This document shows positions 57,236 through 64,000 of a DNA stretch of 64,000 nucleotides, piece by piece. The stretch lies in the IMG/VR virus record IMGVR_UViG_3300032007_003791; one strand, written 5' to 3'. The notes beneath the pieces were generated by a model. The model did no database searches. It saw only the letters and a program-made list of their open reading frames with translations, and was not told the DNA's origin. Within the stretch, counting starts at the first letter, position 1, and each line of letters opens with the position of its first letter. This DNA comes from a virus. Lineage: Duplodnaviria > Heunggongvirae > Uroviricota > Caudoviricetes. The translations under genes and the position numbers were made by a program.

Positions 57236-58996
57236 ATGATTGTGTGTAATCATATATCACGATTGTTTGTCATGGTGCGGGCTGTTCTGCTGTCCGTGTC
57301 GTGCCTGATGGTCTTTTCCTGCGGGAAGGAAGTCATTCCGGAGACGTACACTGACAACGAGATTGCCCTGTTCCCCAAGAGCATCGACGGAGGGCTGCAG
57401 ACCAAGGCGGTGACGACGCTCTCGACGCTTGAGTCCAGCGGTTTCCGCGCCTCCGCCACCACGGTGTCCGGCGATACCGAGACGCAGGTGTGGACGAACT
57501 CGCTCTTCACGAAGTCCGGAGAGCTGTTCAAGGGCGGACGTTACTGGCCGTCCACCAATCGCGGGTACAGGTTTTACGGAAGCTCGTCTGCGTTGACGTT
57601 CACCTCTTCCGGCAACACCGTCACGGTTCCGGAAGGGAACACCGCCGATGTCGTGTGCGCCTATAAGGCCAGCTCGAACTACATGACTGCCAACAGCCTG
57701 GATTTCCATCATATCCTGTCGAAGATAACGACCGTGCGCGTCAACGCCGAGTCGCCGTGTACCATATCCAATATCACCATCAGCCTGGTTGATGCCAAGA
57801 CCGGCGGGGTGTACAACCTTCGCAGCGGAGCGTGGAGTAGCAAGACGCCAGCTTCGTCGTCGAATAGGCAGCTTTACCGCAACGCGGGTTCCGTCGCCGC
57901 AGGGAGCGGACATACGGGTTCGGATAACGATTACCTCTTTGTTCCGGGGAGTTACTACTTGCAAGCATCTTGGACGGCGACGGCAGGAGAGTATACGAAG
58001 ACTTATACTAACAAGCTGTCCACCTCGGCTGTCACCTTCGCTGCGGAGAATCAGTATTCCGTAACGGCTAATTTGTCCGGCGACCCGACTAAAATCGAGT
58101 TCGCGGTTTCCGTTGAACCCTGGGGTTCGAACACTGTTGCCATCGGGACCTTCCCGATATACTCCGGGGCTATCAGGGCTCCGTACAGTGTAAGTGATTC
58201 GAAGACGGTCTATTTTGCTCAAGGTAACCTGCAGGCGACCTACAACGGTTCTTCGTGGACGTGGAAGTTCGCGGACTATCAGTGGGATTACGTGGGGAAT
58301 GCAGCCGCGAATATCTCCATCAATGGCGACGGGACTGTTTCATCGAATGGTACGGTAGACCTGTTCGGCTGGGTGGGAGCCTCGTCCACCTGGACGGGGG
58401 TTGCAATGTATGGGATTAGTAATTCCGAAACGACAAACAGTACAAATACTTACGGTAACGTTATTACTGAGTCCTTAAAGGCTGATTGGGGTTCCATCCC
58501 GGGGGTTGTGTCCGCTTATGGTGACGGCTGGTTCACGTTATCGTCGACCGAGTGGAAATACGTCATCAGCGACCGCACTTCTGGCGCCACCGTGAACGGC
58601 ACTCCGAACGCCCGTTACACCGGGGCGACCATCAACACGGACGGGACTGGCGTCAACGGTATCATCCTTTTCCCAGACGGAGTGACCATCGCCTCGAGTG
58701 AGGTTACTGCTTGGGGAACAGTGAACAGCACGAGTTCCTGGGCGACGAAATGCACCACCGCCCAGTGGTCCGCCCTCGAATCGAAGGGTTGTGTGTTCCT
58801 TCCCGCTGCGGGCTACCGTTACGGCGCGAGTGTCTACAGTGTAGGGTCCTACGGCTACTACTGGTCCAGTACGCCGTACTCCGGCAATGTTTACTACGCG
58901 TACCTCGTGTACTTCTACTCGGGCGGCGTGTACCCCCAGAACGACTACGGCCGTTACGGCGGCTTTTCTGTTCGTCTGGCCCGCGACGTTAACTGA
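57236..58996 (+). CDS. Fimbrillin-domain tip adhesin with a C-terminal CLec-type DGR-target-like domain
   Basis: Lipobox VFSC; fimbrillin domain; FAQGNLQ, DLFGW, FLPAAGYR...GYYWSST...GFSVRL. Confidence 0.88.
   Translation: MIVCNHISRLFVMVRAVLLSVSCLMVFSCGKEVIPETYTDNEIALFPKSIDGGLQTKAVTTLSTLESSGFRASATTVSGDTETQVWTNSLFTKSGELFKGGRYWPSTNRGYRFYGSSSALTFTSSGNTVTVPEGNTADVVCAYKASSNYMTANSLDFHHILSKITTVRVNAESPCTISNITISLVDAKTGGVYNLRSGAWSSKTPASSSNRQLYRNAGSVAAGSGHTGSDNDYLFVPGSYYLQASWTATAGEYTKTYTNKLSTSAVTFAAENQYSVTANLSGDPTKIEFAVSVEPWGSNTVAIGTFPIYSGAIRAPYSVSDSKTVYFAQGNLQATYNGSSWTWKFADYQWDYVGNAAANISINGDGTVSSNGTVDLFGWVGASSTWTGVAMYGISNSETTNSTNTYGNVITESLKADWGSIPGVVSAYGDGWFTLSSTEWKYVISDRTSGATVNGTPNARYTGATINTDGTGVNGIILFPDGVTIASSEVTAWGTVNSTSSWATKCTTAQWSALESKGCVFLPAAGYRYGASVYSVGSYGYYWSSTPYSGNVYYAYLVYFYSGGVYPQNDYGRYGGFSVRLARDVN
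58811..58980 (+). other. DGR variable-region-like segment VR1
   Basis: All 15 Tyr codons are TAC and putative variable codons are mostly NNC, as expected from adenine mutagenesis of AAC codons. Confidence 0.75.
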
Positions 58997-59039
58997 TCTC
59001 GTCCAGTAATTCTGGTTGTTAGAAAATGGATCTTAAGAT

Positions 59040-60998
59040 ATGAAAAAAATCGTTCTTTTTATTTCCCTGGTGCTCCTGGCGCTTTCTTCCTGTTCGAAGG
59101 GCGGTCTGGAAGAGGGCTGGATCTCCGACGGTCTCATCGTCTTCCAGCAGTCCGGCCTTCTTTTCTCAGCTTCGGCTGAGACCAAGGCCACGGAGGTGAC
59201 GGAGTCGACGCTTAACGGCAGTGGTTTCAACGTCTCCTGTACCACCGGTTCGGCGGGAAGTGAATCGAACGTGTGGAATAACGTTGCGTTCTCCAAGTCC
59301 GGCAGTTACTTTGTTGCTGGAGGGGGCGGCAAGTGGTGGCCGGATACTAATCCGAGTTATCATTTTTTTGCGTCCAACGCGGCCCTGACGTTCAATGCCG
59401 GAGGCTGTACCGTCGCGGCTACGAATGCAAGCGATGTGGTTTGCGCTTACATGCCGTCTCCGACTTATAAATCAAGGAACACGCTTCAGTTCAAGCATAT
59501 CTTCGCCCGTATCACGGACGTGACCTTCTCGGCCGCTGACGGGTATACCATTTCAGGCATCTCCGTCTACGTTACTCCGAAGACGGGCGGAACGTATAAT
59601 CTTCGTACCGGCAGCGGACAGACTGATGGTACCGGCTGGAGCTCCCTGACGACAGGAAGCGCAACCGCGATTGCCAATTCCACTCCGGGCACGAAATCAA
59701 ATAATCTTTATCTCGTGCCTGGACGCTATACGATTTCCGCATCTTGGACTGCAACGAAAGGGGATTACACGAAGACTTTCAGCAACAAGACTTATGAAAT
59801 TAACGTTGTCGGCGGGAAATGTAATGTCATTACGGCAAGTCTTGTTGGAGATGCTTCGGCTATTGAGTTCGCCGTGTCGATAACACCTTGGAGCAGCGCC
59901 CCTACGATTGAAAGGGTAGCGGCGGATTACCAGGATAACCTCGATTACTTGACGTTCTACTGCGACGAGGCGGGGACGATTGGGTGGAAGTGTTCCGATG
60001 CGTCCATTGCAAGGACTATCCAGTATAGTAAGGACTTCGGTGCTACGTGGACGGACCTTACGTCTACGACCAGTGGAGCGACTGTGGCTGTCAATGCAGG
60101 GGATATTGTGTGGTTCAAGGGGAGCAATGGAGCATATTCGAACGGCTCTTACTTCAACCAATTTACTCTTTCCAATAAGGCTCATGTATATGGAAATGTA
60201 AACTCTTTGACGGGGAATTACACATCTGTCAGCGAGTATTGTTTTTTAAATTTATTTAGGAGTTGTTTTAACCTTTATACATACGAGCACAAGAAGATAA
60301 TTCTTCCTGCTACAACACTGGCGAATCGCTGCTATGCCAATATGTTCTATGGTTGTTCCTCACTCAAGACAGTACCCGAGCTTCCTAACACGACGCTGGC
60401 GGACCAATGCTATTACGGCATGTTCTCTGATTGCACTTCGCTCAAAGCAGCGCCAGAGCTCCCCGCTACGACGCTGGCGTACCGATGCTATTTCGGCATG
60501 TTCTCTGGTTGTACAAGTCTTACCATAGCACCACAGCTTCCTGCTACAACGTTGGCAAGCGACTGCTATTACGCCATGTTCAATAATTGCACCTTACTCA
60601 CGTTAGCACCAGAGCTCCCTGCTACGACGCTGGCGAATGGCTGCTATGGCAGTATGTTCCAGGGTTGCACTTCACTCACGACAGCACCAGAGCTCCCTGC
60701 TACGACGTTAGCGCAGAACTGCTATGGTTACATGTTCTATGGGTGCACCTCGCTCACGACAGCCCCAGAGCTCCCTGCTACGACGTTGGCGAACAGCTGC
60801 CACCAATTCATGTTCTATGGATGTACCTCACTGAACTACATCAAGGCTCTCTTCACTACGACTCCTTCTTCGACTTATACTTATAACTGGGTTAGAGGCG
60901 TTGCCCCCACGGGTACTTTCGTAAAGTCTTCCGCTGCGACGTGGAACGTGACGGGAAATAATGGTGTGCCTACGGGTTGGACGGTGATAACTGAATAA
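59040..60998 (+). CDS. Fimbrillin-domain tip adhesin with a BspA-like LRR array
   Basis: Lipobox LSSC; ETKA; FKHIFARI; about 7 units of the 26-aa repeat xxMFxGCTSLTTAPELPATTLAxxCY. Confidence 0.88.
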   Translation: MKKIVLFISLVLLALSSCSKGGLEEGWISDGLIVFQQSGLLFSASAETKATEVTESTLNGSGFNVSCTTGSAGSESNVWNNVAFSKSGSYFVAGGGGKWWPDTNPSYHFFASNAALTFNAGGCTVAATNASDVVCAYMPSPTYKSRNTLQFKHIFARITDVTFSAADGYTISGISVYVTPKTGGTYNLRTGSGQTDGTGWSSLTTGSATAIANSTPGTKSNNLYLVPGRYTISASWTATKGDYTKTFSNKTYEINVVGGKCNVITASLVGDASAIEFAVSITPWSSAPTIERVAADYQDNLDYLTFYCDEAGTIGWKCSDASIARTIQYSKDFGATWTDLTSTTSGATVAVNAGDIVWFKGSNGAYSNGSYFNQFTLSNKAHVYGNVNSLTGNYTSVSEYCFLNLFRSCFNLYTYEHKKIILPATTLANRCYANMFYGCSSLKTVPELPNTTLADQCYYGMFSDCTSLKAAPELPATTLAYRCYFGMFSGCTSLTIAPQLPATTLASDCYYAMFNNCTLLTLAPELPATTLANGCYGSMFQGCTSLTTAPELPATTLAQNCYGYMFYGCTSLTTAPELPATTLANSCHQFMFYGCTSLNYIKALFTTTPSSTYTYNWVRGVAPTGTFVKSSAATWNVTGNNGVPTGWTVITE

Positions 60999-61122
60999 GG
61001 TGTACGACATCCGACAAATACTCTTTTATTCAAAATGGATTTTAAAATTAAATGACTTCTGTCGGATAAGTGCTTTTTTAGGCCTCTGCATAGTCTGAAA
61101 ATACAAACGAGAACATTGGTAA

Positions 61123-63945
61123 ATGAAATATAAACACAGTCTCAGTAAAGATATGAATACAACGAAAAATACCTTCCCCTTTATTGGTGTATTTGCCGCC
61201 TTCATGGTGGCCCTGGCCAGTGCCTCCTGCATGAAGGAGGTCCCGGATATGCAAGTGGTTAGCCAGCCCTCGGACGCTATCGTCTTCGGCGTGGACGACT
61301 CGTTCAGGGCCGAGGTGCAGACGAAGGCGACCGAGGTCACCTCGCTATCCTCGTTCTACGTTACAGCCGTTACCGGCTCTGCAGGGAGTGAGAGCCAGGT
61401 CTGGAACTCGGTCCAATTCAGCCAGGTCGCGGGTAGTAGCCCGGCGACGTATGCCGGTAACAAGTACTGGCCAGCGACCAATCCCAGTTATAAGTTCTAC
61501 GGTTCGAACGTGGCCCTGAACTACGCCGCCGGGGGGACGTACGTCAACGCTTCCAACGCGACGGATGTCGTGTGTGCCTACCTGTCCAGTCCGACCTACA
61601 ACACGAAGAACACGCTGACCTTCGAGCATATCTTCGCAAGGCTCTGCCGCGTGGACATTGTTGCGGCCTCCGGCTATACGCTGTCCAACATCTCGTTGCG
61701 GATTACTCCGAAGACCGGCGGCACGTATAACCTCCGGACCAAGGAGTGGTCGTCGGTAGCGACCGGCACCGCCACCACTATCGCTTCATCGACCGGGGCG
61801 AATAATAATGATATTTTCTGCGTCCCTGGGATATACAGCATCACGGCGTCGTGGGTGGCGAGGGACGCCAGCGGCGCATCCGTGACGCACACCAACGAGG
61901 TATGTAACGTGCCCCTGACGGGGGGTAAGACCAACAATATCAGCTGTGTCCTCGGAGGTGATATCACCTTCGGCATGGATCTGCAGGACTATGCGGATTA
62001 CGATTACAGGGACAATCTCGCATACCTGACGTTCTACTGCGACGAGGCGGGAACGATTGGGTGGAAGTGCTCGAATGCCTCCATCGCAAGGACTATCCAG
62101 TATAGCAAGGACTTCGGTGCGACATGGACCGACCTTACGTCTACGACCAGTGGTGCGACAGTATCTGTCAGTGCAGGGGATATTGTGTGGTTCAAGGGGA
62201 GCAATACGGGGTATTCGAACGGCTCTTACTATAATCAATTCACTTTATCCAACAAGGCTCATGTATATGGTAATGTGAATTCCTTGACTGGGAATAATAC
62301 ATCGGTAAGCGAGTATTGTTTCAAGAGGTTGTTTTATAATTGTTTTAACCTTTATACATACGAACACAAGAAGATTGTTCTTCCTGCTACGACGCTGGCG
62401 CTCCGCTGCTATGAAGGCATGTTCAATGGTTGTTTCTCACTTACCACGGCGCCAGAGCTTCCTGCTACGACGCTGGCGAGCCGCTGCTATTACAGTATGT
62501 TCCAGGGTTGCAACTCTTTGACGTCTGCTCCTGCGCTCCCCGCCACGACGCTGGCAGATTGCTGCTACGATTCCATGTTCATTGGTTGCACGAGCCTCGC
62601 TATAGCCCCGGAACTCCCAGCAACGACGTTGGCGGATTACTGCTACGAAAATATGTTCTATGGTTGCTCTTCATTGACTACGGCTCCTGCACTTCCCGCC
62701 ACGACGCTGGCACTTTGCTGCTACGAAAATATGTTCTATGAATGCACCTCCCTCACCACAGCACCAGTGCTCCCTGCTACGACGCTGGCGAACACCTGCT
62801 ATTACAGCATGTTCCAGGGTTGCTCCTCTTTAACGTCTGCACCTGCGCTCCCCGCCACGACGCTGACGGACTACTGCTACGATTCCATGTTCATTGGTTG
62901 CACGAGCCTCGCTATAGCCCCGGAACTCCCAGCAACGACGCTGACGGACTACTGCTACGAAAATATGTTCTATGGTTGCTCTTCATTGACTACGGCTCCT
63001 GCACTTCCTGCTACGTCATTGGCGGCTGGCTGCTATGAGAGCATGTTCTCTGGTTGCTCCTCACTTAATTACATCAAGGCTCTCTTTACAACAACTCCAT
63101 CTGATGAATATACGTTAGATTGGGTCTCCGACGTCGCCCCCACAGGCACCTTCGTGAAGTCCGTCGCTGCGACGTGGAACGTGACGGGTGACGACGGCGT
63201 GCCTACAGGGTGGACGGTGATGACTGAGTATCAGGCGTACCTTACCAACGGCCATGCGTTTGTGGACTTGGGACTGAGAAGTAACGGTAACAAGATTCTC
63301 TTTGCAACCATGAACGTCGGAGCATCTTCCCCGGAAGAATACGGCTATTACTTCGCCTGGGGCGAGACCTCTAAACGCTATACCAGCATAAGTGACGACT
63401 CTGTTGTAGGCGGTTCTTTCGAATGGTCTAACTGCCCTTATCACACCGGTAGTACCTATAACACCGGCTGGAGTAAGTACATTCCTACCGGTAAGGAGTC
63501 TTACGGTGTGGTCGACAACAAACTGACTCTCGAAGCCGGTGATGACGTGGCATCCGCCCTCTGGGGCGGCAGCTGGCGTATGCCTACCGCCGAAGAACTC
63601 TGCATGCTGATTAACGGAGATGGTTCCAGCACCGACTACGATGAAGCAGACAACGTTACCTACTCCTGGACTAACGACTACAACGGCACAGGCGTACATG
63701 GTTACATCATCACCGGTAAAGGCTCTTTCTCCTCGGCCTCGCTCTTCCTCCCTGCTGCTGGCAACTGCGATGTCACGGACCTGTACGACGCTGGAGTCTA
63801 CGGCTACTATTGGTCCCGCACGGTGAGCTCGGGCTACCCGGCTTACGCCTGGCTCCTCTTTTTCGTGGATGGCGGCCAGCTCATGGACAGCAACGACCGT
63901 TACCGCGGTCAATCCGTCCGGCCCGTGTTGGTTATTCCTGAGTAG
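61123..63945 (+). CDS. Tip adhesin: fimbrillin + BspA-like LRR array + CLec-type DGR-target-like domain
   Basis: Lipobox SASC (start may be MNTTK at 61153); about 9 LRR units; VDLGL..FATMNVGASSPEEYGYYFAWGET, WRMPT, FLPAAG...YWSRT...GQSVRPV. Confidence 0.88.
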   Translation: MKYKHSLSKDMNTTKNTFPFIGVFAAFMVALASASCMKEVPDMQVVSQPSDAIVFGVDDSFRAEVQTKATEVTSLSSFYVTAVTGSAGSESQVWNSVQFSQVAGSSPATYAGNKYWPATNPSYKFYGSNVALNYAAGGTYVNASNATDVVCAYLSSPTYNTKNTLTFEHIFARLCRVDIVAASGYTLSNISLRITPKTGGTYNLRTKEWSSVATGTATTIASSTGANNNDIFCVPGIYSITASWVARDASGASVTHTNEVCNVPLTGGKTNNISCVLGGDITFGMDLQDYADYDYRDNLAYLTFYCDEAGTIGWKCSNASIARTIQYSKDFGATWTDLTSTTSGATVSVSAGDIVWFKGSNTGYSNGSYYNQFTLSNKAHVYGNVNSLTGNNTSVSEYCFKRLFYNCFNLYTYEHKKIVLPATTLALRCYEGMFNGCFSLTTAPELPATTLASRCYYSMFQGCNSLTSAPALPATTLADCCYDSMFIGCTSLAIAPELPATTLADYCYENMFYGCSSLTTAPALPATTLALCCYENMFYECTSLTTAPVLPATTLANTCYYSMFQGCSSLTSAPALPATTLTDYCYDSMFIGCTSLAIAPELPATTLTDYCYENMFYGCSSLTTAPALPATSLAAGCYESMFSGCSSLNYIKALFTTTPSDEYTLDWVSDVAPTGTFVKSVAATWNVTGDDGVPTGWTVMTEYQAYLTNGHAFVDLGLRSNGNKILFATMNVGASSPEEYGYYFAWGETSKRYTSISDDSVVGGSFEWSNCPYHTGSTYNTGWSKYIPTGKESYGVVDNKLTLEAGDDVASALWGGSWRMPTAEELCMLINGDGSSTDYDEADNVTYSWTNDYNGTGVHGYIITGKGSFSSASLFLPAAGNCDVTDLYDAGVYGYYWSRTVSSGYPAYAWLLFFVDGGQLMDSNDRYRGQSVRPVLVIPE
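63760..63927 (+). other. DGR variable-region-like segment VR2
   Basis: NNC-rich codons (GAC, TAC, GTC, AGC, CTC, GGC) within the conserved frame; ends CAATCCGTCCGGCCCGTG. Confidence 0.65.
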
Positions 63946-64000
63946 CGCGTGCGATAGGGCGTGCCCTTAGGGTTCACGGTAAAAATGAAATCCCCCCTGC

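Noticed and set aside
57236-64000. Complete DGR cassette
   Set aside because: No reverse transcriptase, avd or AAC-rich template repeat was seen in the window; only target-like regions are supported.
63975-64000. Start of a fourth IS200/IS605 end (AAATCCCCCCTGC)
   Set aside because: Cut by the window edge; the hairpin cannot be completed.

Overview
This looks like a 64-kb segment of a large conjugative plasmid-like element from a Bacteroidota (probably Bacteroidales) host. The host call rests on repeated TAnnTTTG -7 promoter boxes and a CTnDOT-type tra cluster. No integrase, phage structural genes, relaxase or coupling protein are visible in the window. From left to right: (1) a leftward accessory operon (DUF488-like, DUF1848, A1S_2505-like, truncated DprA, hypotheticals) and an ssb-like gene; (2) three unrelated solo-tnpB IS200/IS605 elements; (3) a putative replicon with 32-bp-period iterons next to a 412-aa Rep-like gene; (4) type V pilus locus 1, with a tRNA-like minihelix just after the major pilin; (5) an AAA+/DUF4143 gene, lipoproteins, large cloverleaf palindromes and a candidate CU-rich sRNA; (6) hipBA, a histone H1-like gene, an orphan Panacea-like gene and a phage-type SSAP/exonuclease/SSB recombination module; (7) an RHH gene leading a traE-F-G-I-J-K-L-M-N-O operon; (8) type V pilus locus 2, a tandem array of fimbrillin paralogs. 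Its three last genes carry swappable adhesin modules: 26-aa LRR arrays and two C-terminal domains with the codon signature of diversity-generating retroelement (DGR) variable regions. No DGR reverse transcriptase or template repeat lies in the window. All family calls are from motif recognition by eye; no database searches were run.
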